Assembly (NCBI GenBank): GCA_942492505.1 | Contig: CALOFD010000013.1 | Span: 10,756-74,755 of the forward strand | Reading direction: 5' to 3' | From: Thermoanaerobaculia bacterium | Lineage (GTDB): Bacteria > Acidobacteriota > Thermoanaerobaculia > Multivoradales > Multivoraceae | Length of the DNA stretch: 64,000 nt | In this document: in pieces, positions 43,413-52,671 of the stretch | Layout: the number at the start of each line of letters is the position of its first letter | How positions within the stretch are numbered: position 1 is the first letter of the stretch | Notes under the pieces: model-generated | Told to the model about the DNA's origin: nothing | The model's database searches: none | What the model saw: only the letters and a program-made list of their open reading frames with translations | Position numbers and translations under genes: made by a program

Positions 43413-46307
43413 TCAATCGACCTGGCGGAGGAGTTCTAGCAACTCATCCCGACTGAAGATCTTGCCGAGTTTTGGATGATCCGCCTGCACGACGCTCGAC
43501 ATGAGCTTGCGCTTGCGGTCGATCATCGCCGCGATCTTCTCCTCGAGAGTGTCCTCGGTGACCAGCTTGAAGACCTGGACGGCACGTTTCTGGCCGATCC
43601 GGTAGACCCGGTCGGTGGCCTGATCCTCCTTCGCCGCGTTCCACCAGCGGTCGTAGTGGATGACCACGGAACCGGCGACCAGATCGATGCCGGTGCCGCC
43701 GGCGCGCAGACTGCCGAGGAAGACCCGGCAGTCGGGGTCCTGGTTGAAGCGATTGACGACTTCGCCGCGCTTGCGAGTCGATCCGGTGAGTTTCACCAGC
43801 GGCACGCGGCGTTCGCGCAGGTAGTCCTCCATGATCGAGATCATGCCGAGGTACTGTGAGAACACGACCACCTTCTGGCCGCTCTGCAGGCTCTCCTCGA
43901 GCAGGTCGACGAACAGGTCCCACTTGCTCGAGCGATGGTCACGCCACTCCTCGGCCTTTCCGATGGCCAGCGCCGGATGGTCGCAGATCTGCTTGAGCTG
44001 GTTGAGGAGCGCGAAGATGTGGATGTAGGGCAGGGGATCCTTGCCCTTGCGGATGGTCTCCGCCAGCGCCATGCCCCGGGTGTCGATCGTGCTGCGGTAG
44101 AGCTGGCGCTGCTCGTCGCTCAGCGAGCAGGTGCGGATGTCTTCGATCTTCTCCGGCAGTTCGTGCAGGACCGCGGTCTTCAGGCGACGCAGCACGAAGG
44201 GAGCGATGAGCCGACGCAGGTCTTCGAGCGTGGAGTCGTCGGGCTCGTCTCGAGAACTGGCGCCGTAGCGATCGAAGTAGTCCTCGTCTTCGCCGAGGTA
44301 GCGGGGCAGCACGAGGTCGAAGAGATTCTTGAGCTCGGAAAGGGAGTTCTCGATCGGCGTACCGGTGAGGCCGACCTTCATCCGGGCCGGCACGGTGATC
44401 GCGGCCCGGTGGGCCTGGGTCTCCTGGTTCTTGATCTGCTGGACCTCGTCGAAGACCACCAGGCTCCAGGGGACCTCGCTCAACTTGGCGACGTCGTTTC
44501 GCAGGACGCCGTAGGAGGCGATCACGACGTCGGCCTCCTCGAGGGTCTGGTCGAGATCGCGCTGCGAACCATGGTAGACGGCGGCTCGCAGCCCCGGGGC
44601 GTACTGAGCGATCTTGTCGCGCCAGTGGCTGATGACCGTGCGCGGGCAGATCACGAGGTTGGGATCCTCGACGCCGTGCTGTTCGCGGATCAGGACCATC
44701 AGCGCCATCGCCTGATGGGTCTTGCCGAGGCCCATGTCGTCACACAGCAGGCCGGCGAGATGATTCTCGTAGAGGAAGTGGAGCCACTCGACACCGAGGG
44801 TCTGGTAGGGCCGCAGTTGGCTCGTGAGGCCCTTCAACGGTACGAGGGGCTGGGAGGGGCGGTAGTCCAGCAGACGGTGGAGGATGTCGGTGCGGTCCTG
44901 GGACGCTTCGATCCTCACCGGCTTGGAGGTCGACGACTTGAGTCGCAGGATCTGCGCCGAGGAGAGCTTCAGGCTCTCGTTGGGCGGGGCGTCGGCCTCG
45001 CGAGCACCGATGAACCCTTCCACACCGCGCAACTCGGGGGCGCTCAGGTCGACCCAGCCGAGGTCGGTCTCGAGGTATGCGAGACCGCGGCGCTTGGCGT
45101 CGGCGATGTCCCGGATCGCCACTCGCGCGTCACCGAAGGCGTAATGCACGTCGAGTTCATTTTCGTCCTGGGCGGCGATCTCGAGATGATCGAATTCGCG
45201 CAGGATCCGCAGTTCGCGGGTCGGATCGTCGAGCACGACCTTGGGAACCGGGTCGTCGAAGGGTTCCCGCTGTCCCCACTGGGGGACCGGGGTGGGTGTG
45301 CGCTTGCGAGCCCGGTGGAGGGCCGCGGCGCCGTCGGGATCCTCGAACTCGGTGAAGACGCTGAGTTCCGGGATGAAGGCGAGATTGCCGTAGATGAAGG
45401 GCTCGATTCGCTCGGGCGCGATGCCGGTCTCTTCATAGTCGAGGACGGCCTGAACGCTCTCGGCCCAGCCGCTGCCGCTCTCGAGGCTGGCGCTGTTCGA
45501 GAGAATCGACTCGAGCGAGCCGATGGCGATGTCCAGGGGTGGCTCGAGTCCGCCCTCGGCGGCGAACTCGAGGACGCTGGGAACTCGTGAACGAGGCACG
45601 TAGAAGGTGGCGGAGGGCTTGCCGGACTGTCGATGGTAGGTCAGCCCGAGGATGCCCCGACTGCGATGGACGGAGAGTTCGTAGGCTCCCTCCTCGTCTT
45701 CGAACTCGCGGAAGCAGTGGTAGGCGAAGCGGTACCACAGGCTCTCCTCGAACGATTGACGATTGGTCTTCATGCCGGCGCGGTTCAGATGCTGCTCTTC
45801 GGAGCTGCGCAGGAAGATGGACAGCTTGTCGATGAGTTCGGCCCGGTCCTGAAAGCCGATCTCGGGGCTGACCTTGCCGAGCCTCTCGAGCAGTCGCAGC
45901 GCCCCAGGGGAGATCTCGTGGTAGTCGACGAGAGCCTCGCCGGCGGTGTTGTAGAAGCGCAGCCGAGGGCCGTCTTCGCGTTCGATGCGCGTTACGGTCG
46001 AAGTCACGAAGGCTTGCGGGTCGCCCTCGAAGAGCCGATGGGCCAGCTCGTGCCAGGGCGACGCGGAGAAGATCTCCCCGAAGGAGCGACCGCGGTACTT
46101 CTTGCGGAACAGCTTGATCTGGCGACCGAGTTCGGCGAGGTGCTTGCAGGTTCGTCGTCGTCCCGCGGTGCAGCTGCAGAAGCGTAGGGGGCGGGTCGAG
46201 CCGGCGGCGTTCTCGAGGTAGATCGCGGCGCCCGGATCGGCGTCGTTCAGCGCCGTCAGGACTCCGATGCCGGAGCGGTGAAACTCGAGGTTGGAGAACT
46301 GCGTCAT
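43413..46307 (-). CDS. SNF2-family helicase/translocase with N-terminal SWIM zinc finger
   Basis: 964 aa; SWIM CSCTAGRRRTCKH; SNF2 motifs LCDDMGLGKT (I), DEVQQIKN (II), LTGTPIENS (III); the helicase C-terminal domain ...GGTGIDLVAGSVVIHYDRWWNAAKEDQATDRVYRIGQ. Confidence 0.9.
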   Translation of the reverse strand: MTQFSNLEFHRSGIGVLTALNDADPGAAIYLENAAGSTRPLRFCSCTAGRRRTCKHLAELGRQIKLFRKKYRGRSFGEIFSASPWHELAHRLFEGDPQAFVTSTVTRIEREDGPRLRFYNTAGEALVDYHEISPGALRLLERLGKVSPEIGFQDRAELIDKLSIFLRSSEEQHLNRAGMKTNRQSFEESLWYRFAYHCFREFEDEEGAYELSVHRSRGILGLTYHRQSGKPSATFYVPRSRVPSVLEFAAEGGLEPPLDIAIGSLESILSNSASLESGSGWAESVQAVLDYEETGIAPERIEPFIYGNLAFIPELSVFTEFEDPDGAAALHRARKRTPTPVPQWGQREPFDDPVPKVVLDDPTRELRILREFDHLEIAAQDENELDVHYAFGDARVAIRDIADAKRRGLAYLETDLGWVDLSAPELRGVEGFIGAREADAPPNESLKLSSAQILRLKSSTSKPVRIEASQDRTDILHRLLDYRPSQPLVPLKGLTSQLRPYQTLGVEWLHFLYENHLAGLLCDDMGLGKTHQAMALMVLIREQHGVEDPNLVICPRTVISHWRDKIAQYAPGLRAAVYHGSQRDLDQTLEEADVVIASYGVLRNDVAKLSEVPWSLVVFDEVQQIKNQETQAHRAAITVPARMKVGLTGTPIENSLSELKNLFDLVLPRYLGEDEDYFDRYGASSRDEPDDSTLEDLRRLIAPFVLRRLKTAVLHELPEKIEDIRTCSLSDEQRQLYRSTIDTRGMALAETIRKGKDPLPYIHIFALLNQLKQICDHPALAIGKAEEWRDHRSSKWDLFVDLLEESLQSGQKVVVFSQYLGMISIMEDYLRERRVPLVKLTGSTRKRGEVVNRFNQDPDCRVFLGSLRAGGTGIDLVAGSVVIHYDRWWNAAKEDQATDRVYRIGQKRAVQVFKLVTEDTLEEKIAAMIDRKRKLMSSVVQADHPKLGKIFSRDELLELLRQVD

Positions 46308-46418
46308 GGGCGGCGAACGTCGGAAGGCGAATCGCAGACTGTAGCAGGCGAGCCACGCCCCTTCCAGGGTTCAGCGGTCCTTTTCCGCGTTTCGCGGGCA
46401 CGACGCCGGCCGCTTCGC

Positions 46419-46447
46419 TTGACTTGCACGGGGAACTTCCATACAGT
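46419..46447 (+). promoter_or_regulatory. Candidate promoter of the ilv-leu operon (TTGACT-17 nt-TACAGT)
   Basis: Hexamers read directly. Located 240 nt upstream of ilvE, just before the leader ORF. Confidence 0.4.
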
Positions 46448-46458
46448 GCCGCGCCAAC

Positions 46459-46578
46459 GTGACTTGCGAAGACATCATCACCGTTTCGAAGGCTGCGGTT
46501 GGACAGCGGGTTGTCGCTCGTCCTGTCGTAGTTCTTGGAGTCCTGGTTCTTATTGGCACTATCGCCGGGGTGACCTAG
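46459..46578 (+). CDS. Candidate branched-chain amino acid leader peptide (39 codons, GTG start)
   Basis: My own translation gives MTCEDIITVSKAAVGQRVVARPVVVLGVLVLIGTIAGVT*. 17 of 39 codons are Val, Ile or Leu. The ORF ends 29 nt before a strong terminator. No Shine-Dalgarno sequence (possibly a short-leader mRNA). Confidence 0.45.
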   Translation: MTCEDIITVSKAAVGQRVVARPVVVLGVLVLIGTIAGVT

Positions 46579-46606
46579 AACTCGCAATCATCGAAACGAG
46601 ACGAAG

Positions 46607-46642
46607 GCCCCCGGCGAAGTAGACCGGGGGCTTTTTGTTTTT
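46607..46642 (+). terminator. Intrinsic terminator (attenuator) upstream of ilvE
   Basis: GCCCCCGG-cgaagtaga-CCGGGGGC followed by TTTTTGTTTTT. Its 5' arm can alternatively pair with CGCCGGGG at 46563-46570. Confidence 0.8.
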
Positions 46643-46689
46643 CAGGCTGCACGACGCGCCAGACCGACGACCGAAGAAGGAGTAGGACG

Positions 46690-47640
46690 ATGCCGATCGA
46701 GAGCTCAGAGTGGATGTGGCACGGTGATCAGTGGGTTCGCTGGGCCGACGCGACGGTCCACGTCACGGCTCACGCGCTGCACTATGGAACGAGCGCCTTC
46801 GAGGGGATCCGGGCCTACTCGACTCCCAACGGACCCGCCATCTTCAGGTTGCCCGAGCACATCCGGCGCCTCGAGGACTCCTGCAAGATCCTGCGCTTCG
46901 ACATGGGCGAGTACGATCACTCCCGTCTGTCCGAGATCTGCCTTCAGCTGGTGGCGCGCAATCGCCACGAGTCGTGCTACATCCGACCGCTCGTCTTCCG
47001 CGGTTCGGAGACCATGGGCATCTACCCCCTCGACTGCCCGGTCGAGGTCACGATCTTCAGCTTCTCCTGGGGGCGCTACCTCGGCGAAGAAGCGATCGAG
47101 GGCGGCATCGACGCCCAGGTGAGTTCCTGGCGTCGCTTCGCTCCGGGCACCACCACCCCTCTCGGCAAGATCGGCGGCCAGTACATCACCAACCAGCTGG
47201 TTTCGATCGAAGCCCGTCAGAACGGCTTCACCGAGGGCATCATGCTGGATTCCGCCGGATTCGTGTCGGAAGGCGCCGGCGAGAATCTCTTCCTGGTCCG
47301 GGACGGCGTGATCACGACGCCGCCTCTCTCGGCTTCGATCCTCGAGGGGATCACCCGTCGATCGGTGATCGAACTGGCCGCCGACCACGGCATTCCGGTG
47401 AGATTCGAGAACGTCACCCGAGAGATGCTCTACCTGTGTGACGAGTTCTTCATGACCGGCACGGCCGCCGAGGTCACGCCGGTGCGTTCGGTCGACCGGG
47501 TACCGGTGGGCAACGGCAAGCGAGGCGAGATCACCCGCACCCTGCAGGAAGACTTCTTCGCGATCGTGGCGGGTGAGGTGGAGGACCGGCACGGCTGGCT
47601 CACGCCGGTGCCGCCTTTGGAGTCGGACGACGCCTCGTAG
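46690..47640 (+). CDS. ilvE: Branched-chain amino acid aminotransferase
   Basis: 316 aa, class IV aminotransferase (HALHYGTSAFEGIRAY..., EGAGENLF, ILEGITR). Confidence 0.93.
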   Translation: MPIESSEWMWHGDQWVRWADATVHVTAHALHYGTSAFEGIRAYSTPNGPAIFRLPEHIRRLEDSCKILRFDMGEYDHSRLSEICLQLVARNRHESCYIRPLVFRGSETMGIYPLDCPVEVTIFSFSWGRYLGEEAIEGGIDAQVSSWRRFAPGTTTPLGKIGGQYITNQLVSIEARQNGFTEGIMLDSAGFVSEGAGENLFLVRDGVITTPPLSASILEGITRRSVIELAADHGIPVRFENVTREMLYLCDEFFMTGTAAEVTPVRSVDRVPVGNGKRGEITRTLQEDFFAIVAGEVEDRHGWLTPVPPLESDDAS

Positions 47641-47668
47641 GAGTGGCTGAACCCGGAGGAACCAAGAG

Positions 47669-49375
47669 ATGAAGCTGACCGGTGCAGAGATCGTCTGGGA
47701 AAGTCTGATCCGCGAGGGCGTCGAGGTGGTCTACGGCTATCCGGGAGGCGCCATCCTGCCGACCTACGACGCGTTGTCGAAGTATCCCCAGATCCACCAT
47801 GTCCTGACCCGCCACGAGCAGGGTGCGACCCACATGGCCGACGGCTATGCCAGGGCCTCGGGGCGCGCGGGCGTGGCGATCGCGACCAGCGGACCGGGCG
47901 CCACCAATCTGGTGACGGGCATCGCGACGGCCATGATGGATTCGTCTCCCCTGGTCTGCATCACCGGCCAGGTCGCCCAGTCCGCGATCGGAACCGACGC
48001 CTTCCAGGAATGCGACGTCACCGGTATCACGCTGCCCATCACCAAGCACAACTATCTGGTCGACGACGTGGCCGACCTGGCGGAGACCATCCGTGAGGCC
48101 TTCTACATCGCCCAGAGCGGCCGTCCGGGTCCGGTCCTGGTCGACATCCCGAAGGACGTCCAGATCGCGGAGACCGAGTTCTGCTACCCCGAGGGAGAGA
48201 TCCGGCTGCCGGGCTACCGGATGCCGTCGGCGGCCAGCGAGAGCGAAGTGCGCGACGCCCTGGCGTTGATCCGTGAATCGAGGCGCCCGCTGATCCTCGC
48301 CGGTCACGGTGTGATGATGTCGGGGGCGGTTCGGGAACTCCAGGAGTTCGTCGAGAAGACCCAGATTCCGGTGGCATTGACCCTGCTCGGCAAGGGCGCG
48401 CTGCCCGAGCAGCATCCGCTGTGTCTCGGCATGATGGGCATGCACGGCGAGGCCTACGTCAACAACGCCGTGCAGCAGGCCGACCTGCTGCTGGCCTTCG
48501 GGATGCGCTTCGACGATCGTGTGACGGGCACTCTCGAGACCTACGCGCAGGGCTCGCGCAAGATCCACGTCGAGATCGATCCGTCCGAGATCAACAAGAA
48601 CGTGAAGGTCGACGTCGGCATCTGCGGTGACCTGCAACAGGTCCTTCGCCAGCTGATTCCGGAAGTGAGCCGAGAAGTCGACCCCGAGTGGCTGCGGCGC
48701 ATCCAGGGTTGGCAGCAGGAGACCCGCGAACGCGACGTGATGCACGCCCAGGACAGCGGACGTCTGTTGGCTGCACACGTGATCAGCGATCTCTGGAAGT
48801 TCACGGGTGGCGACGCCACCACGGTCACCGACGTCGGTCAGCACCAGATGTGGGAAGCCCAGTACTACCCGCACGAACGCCCCCATACGCTGATCACGAG
48901 CGGCGGTCTGGGCACCATGGGGTTCGGCCTGCCGGCGGCCATCGGGGCCAAGATGGCTCGCCCCGAGGAGGAAGTCTGGGCGATCGTCGGCGACGGCGGG
49001 TTCCAGATGACGATGTGCGAGCTGGCGACCGCGGTGCAGGAGCGCGTCGAGGTCAAGGTCGCGATCGTCAACAACGGCTATCTGGGCATGGTCCGCCAGT
49101 GGCAGGAGTTCTTCTACGAGGAACGCTACAACGCCACTCCGATGATCGCTCCAGATTTCTGCAAGCTGGCCGATGCCTTCGGGATTCCGTCGGTCCGGGT
49201 CTCGAAGAGAGACGAGATCGAGGCGGCGGTCGAGAGGGCGAGAGCTCATTCGGGCGGGCCGATCGTTGTCGAGTTCCAGGTCGAGAAGCACGACGTGGTC
49301 TATCCGATGGTGCCCTCGGGGGCGGATCTGAGTGCGATGATCCGTCGTCCGAGCGTCACTCCGGAAATGGTCTGA
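47669..49375 (+). CDS. ilvB: Acetolactate synthase large subunit
   Basis: 568 aa; ThDP enzyme motifs (GYPGGAILP, GPGATNLVTG, GLGTMGFGLPAAIGA...GDGGFQM). Confidence 0.95.
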   Translation: MKLTGAEIVWESLIREGVEVVYGYPGGAILPTYDALSKYPQIHHVLTRHEQGATHMADGYARASGRAGVAIATSGPGATNLVTGIATAMMDSSPLVCITGQVAQSAIGTDAFQECDVTGITLPITKHNYLVDDVADLAETIREAFYIAQSGRPGPVLVDIPKDVQIAETEFCYPEGEIRLPGYRMPSAASESEVRDALALIRESRRPLILAGHGVMMSGAVRELQEFVEKTQIPVALTLLGKGALPEQHPLCLGMMGMHGEAYVNNAVQQADLLLAFGMRFDDRVTGTLETYAQGSRKIHVEIDPSEINKNVKVDVGICGDLQQVLRQLIPEVSREVDPEWLRRIQGWQQETRERDVMHAQDSGRLLAAHVISDLWKFTGGDATTVTDVGQHQMWEAQYYPHERPHTLITSGGLGTMGFGLPAAIGAKMARPEEEVWAIVGDGGFQMTMCELATAVQERVEVKVAIVNNGYLGMVRQWQEFFYEERYNATPMIAPDFCKLADAFGIPSVRVSKRDEIEAAVERARAHSGGPIVVEFQVEKHDVVYPMVPSGADLSAMIRRPSVTPEMV

Positions 49376-49391
49376 GAGGAGTCGGAAGATC

Positions 49392-49934
49392 ATGTCGCGA
49401 CATACGCTGGCTGCACTGCTCGAGAACCGGCCGGGCGTCCTGAACCGGGTCGCCAACCTGTTCCGGCGGCGCAACTTCAATATCGACAGCCTGACGGTCG
49501 GGCGAACCCACGACGACGACGTTTCGAGGATGACCCTGGTGGTCGAGGGCTCGAAGGCGGAGGCGGATCGACTGGAGAAGAACCTCTACAAGTTGATCAA
49601 CGTGATCGAAGTCGACCATCTCGACGACAAGACCTCGCTGCTGCGAGACCTGGCGCTCATCAAGGTCGCGGTCGACGGTGAGAGCCGCCGAGAGGTCACC
49701 CAGTTGTGCGACATCTTCCGGGCCCGCATCATCGATGTGTCGCCCGCCTCGATGATCATCGAGCTGACCGGTGACGAATCGAAGATCGAGAGCTTCGCGC
49801 AGTTGCTGCGGCCGATCGGGATCGTCGAGATGGTCCGGACCGGCGTCGTGGCGATGGCTCGAGGCGCCGAGACTCTCAAGTACGACGGTTATTCACCGAC
49901 GCGGCCGACGTCGGCCCGCAAGTCGGTGCTCTAG
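49392..49934 (+). CDS. ilvN: Acetolactate synthase small (regulatory) subunit
   Basis: 180 aa; ACT domain HTLAALLENRPGVLNRVANLFRRRNFNIDSLTVG. Confidence 0.93.
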   Translation: MSRHTLAALLENRPGVLNRVANLFRRRNFNIDSLTVGRTHDDDVSRMTLVVEGSKAEADRLEKNLYKLINVIEVDHLDDKTSLLRDLALIKVAVDGESRREVTQLCDIFRARIIDVSPASMIIELTGDESKIESFAQLLRPIGIVEMVRTGVVAMARGAETLKYDGYSPTRPTSARKSVL

Positions 49935-50009
49935 CTCCCGCAAGGCCCTTGCGGGAACTCCACCATCCATTCATCAGAACCCCAAGCGATCAGAGAGGAA
50001 CAGAGGAAC

Positions 50010-51008
50010 ATGGCGAAGCTCTACTACGACCAGGATGCCGATCTCGGGCGACTGCAGGGAAAGACCGTGGCCGTGATCGGCTACGGTTCGCAGGGGCATG
50101 CCCATGCCCTCAATCTGAGGGACAGCGGCGTGGATGTCGTCGTCGGACTGCATGCCGGCAGTCGAAGCGCCGACAAGGCCCGCCGCGACGGCCTGCGGAC
50201 GACCTCGGTCGCCGAGGCCTGCAAGGAAGCCGACGTGATCATGGTGCTGGCGCCGGACACGGTGCAGGCGGACCTCTACAGGAACGAGATCGAACCCAAC
50301 CTGGAGGCGGGCAACACACTGATGTTCGCCCACGGCTTCAACATCCGCTACGGCGAGATCGATCCGCCCGAGGGGATCGACGTGTCGATGGTGGCGCCGA
50401 AGTCGCCGGGACACCGTGTGCGTGAGGTGTTCCAGGATGGAGGTGGAACGCCGGGCCTGGTGGCCGTCGAACGCGATGCCTCCGGCGAAGCGCTGGCGAA
50501 TGCCCTGGCCTATGCGAAGGCGATCGGTTGCACGCGGGCCGGCGTGATCCAGACGACGTTCAAGGAAGAAACCGAGACCGATCTGTTCGGCGAACAGGCG
50601 GTGCTGTGCGGCGGCGCTTCGGCACTCGTGCGATCGGGATTCCAGACGCTGGTCGAAGCCGGCTATCAACCGGAAGTGGCCTACTTCGAATGCCTGCACG
50701 AGCTGAAGCTGATCGTCGACCTGATGTACGAGGGCGGCCTCACCTACATGCGGTATTCGATCTCCAACACGGCCGAGCATGGCGACTACGTCGACGGGCC
50801 CAAGCGTCTGGTGACCGGCGAGACGCGTCGAGGAGATGAAGCGCAGATCCTCTCGGACATCCAGTCGGGCACCTATGCGCGTCGCTGGATCGACGAGAAC
50901 CGCCAGGGCCGACCGTGGTTCGACGGTCGCCGCGGTGAGGAGCGCTCTCATCCGATCGAGAGTGTCGGCCGGGAGCTTCGCAAGATGATGTCGTTCCTCG
51001 ACGCGTAA
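50010..51008 (+). CDS. ilvC: Ketol-acid reductoisomerase (class I)
   Basis: 332 aa; [21 protein letters not shown], ...[11 protein letters not shown]... One short segment (50828-50846) looks like a compensated double frameshift. Confidence 0.95.
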   Translation: MAKLYYDQDADLGRLQGKTVAVIGYGSQGHAHALNLRDSGVDVVVGLHAGSRSADKARRDGLRTTSVAEACKEADVIMVLAPDTVQADLYRNEIEPNLEAGNTLMFAHGFNIRYGEIDPPEGIDVSMVAPKSPGHRVREVFQDGGGTPGLVAVERDASGEALANALAYAKAIGCTRAGVIQTTFKEETETDLFGEQAVLCGGASALVRSGFQTLVEAGYQPEVAYFECLHELKLIVDLMYEGGLTYMRYSISNTAEHGDYVDGPKRLVTGETRRGDEAQILSDIQSGTYARRWIDENRQGRPWFDGRRGEERSHPIESVGRELRKMMSFLDA

Positions 51009-51060
51009 GGAAGTGCCCGGGAGGTCTGAACCAGGCCGGCTGAAGAGAGAGGAGATCCCG

Positions 51061-52664
51061 ATGACCCAGCGAATCCGACGTAGTTCGCATTTTCGACACC
51101 ACGCTGCGCGACGGCGAGCAGTCGCCGGGCGCCAGCCTGACCAGTGACGAGAAGGTTGAAATCGCCCACCAGCTGGCGCGGTGCTCGGCGTCGACGTGAT
51201 CGAAGCCGGCTTTCCTGCCGCCAGTCCGGACGACCTCGCTGCCGTGCAGCGGATCGCCGAGGAGGTCGGGCGCCCCGACGGGCCGATCATCGCCGGCCTG
51301 GCGCGGGCCAATCGAGGCGACATTTCGAAGGCCTGGGAAGGCGTCAAGCACGCCGCCAAACCCCGCATCCACACCTTCATCGCGACCTCGGAACTCCATA
51401 TGGAGCGCAAGCTCGAGATGACCCGGGACCAGGTCGTCGCCCAGGTCCGCGAGATGGTCGAGTACGCCGAGCAGCCTCTGCGACGACGTCGAGTTCAGCC
51501 CCGAGGACGCCGGTCGCTCCGATCCGGACTTCCTGTCGAGGTGCTCGAGTGGCCATCGAAGCCGGCGCGACGACGCATCAACATTCCCGACACGGTGGGC
51601 TATACCGATGCCCGACGAATACGGTGCGCTGTTCCGCAACCTGATCGCCAAAACACCGGGGATCGGACGTCGCGTGGTCTGGTCGGTCCATTGTCACGAC
51701 GATCTGGGCTTCGCCACCGCCAACACGCTCGCCGGCCTCGCAGACGGCGCGCGCCAGGCCGAGGTCACGCATCAACGGCATCGGCGAACGCGCCGGCAAC
51801 ACCAGCCTCGAAGAAGTGGTGATGGCGCTTCACACGCGGCGCCCGGTCTTCGGTCTCGACACCCGGATCAACACCCGTCAGCTGGCCCGCAGCAGCCAGA
51901 TGGTGGCGAACTACACCGGCATCGCGGTGCCCCGCAACAAGGCGATCGTCGGCCAGAACGCGTTTGCCCACGAGGCCGGAATCCACCAGGACGGCATGCT
52001 CAAGGACCAGCGCACCTACGAGATCATGACGCCGGAAACCGTGGGATTGACCGAATCGAAGCTGATCCTCGGCAAGCACTCCGGTCGTCACGCCTTCCGC
52101 ATCCGGATGTCGGAACTCGGCTTCGAACTGAGTCCCGGCGAGCTCTATCCGACGTTCCAGCGTTTCAAGCTGCTGGCCGACCGGAAGAAGACGATCGCCG
52201 ACGCCGATCTGCGGCAGTCGTTGGTGCAGTCCGACCTGATCGCTCCGGACGCATCTTCGACGCTGCTCGACCTCCAGGTCGCGTGCGGATCGACCGGGCT
52301 GCCCACGGCGACGGTGAGGATCGCCGGGCCGGACGGCAAGGAGCATGTCGAAGCCGCGGTCGGGACCGGCCCGGTCGATGCGACCTTCCAGGCCATCAAC
52401 CGGATCGTCGAGATCCCCAATACCCTGATCGAGTACAACGTCCACAGTGTCACCGAGGGAATCGACGCCGTCGGTGAGGTGACCGTTCGACTGGCCTCGA
52501 TGGACGGCCAGCGCAGCGTCGGAGGCTACGGAGCCGACACCGACGTCATCGTCGCCTCGGCGCAGGCCTATCTGAGCGCCCTCAATCGAGCCATCGCCGC
52601 CAGCGGCGACGGCGCCGAGGGCGGCGAAGCCGCGACCTCGATCCCCTCTGAACGGGCTTCCTGA
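51061..52664 (+). pseudogene. leuA: 2-isopropylmalate synthase, disrupted by about 8 frame changes between 51061 and 51771 (pseudogene or error-dense assembly)
   Basis: LeuA-like segments [90 protein letters not shown]...[16 protein letters not shown] and [20 protein letters not shown]... lie in alternating frames. From 51771 to the stop the frame is intact. 1604 nt minus 2 gives 534 codons. Confidence 0.85.
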
Positions 52665-52671
52665 GGACACC

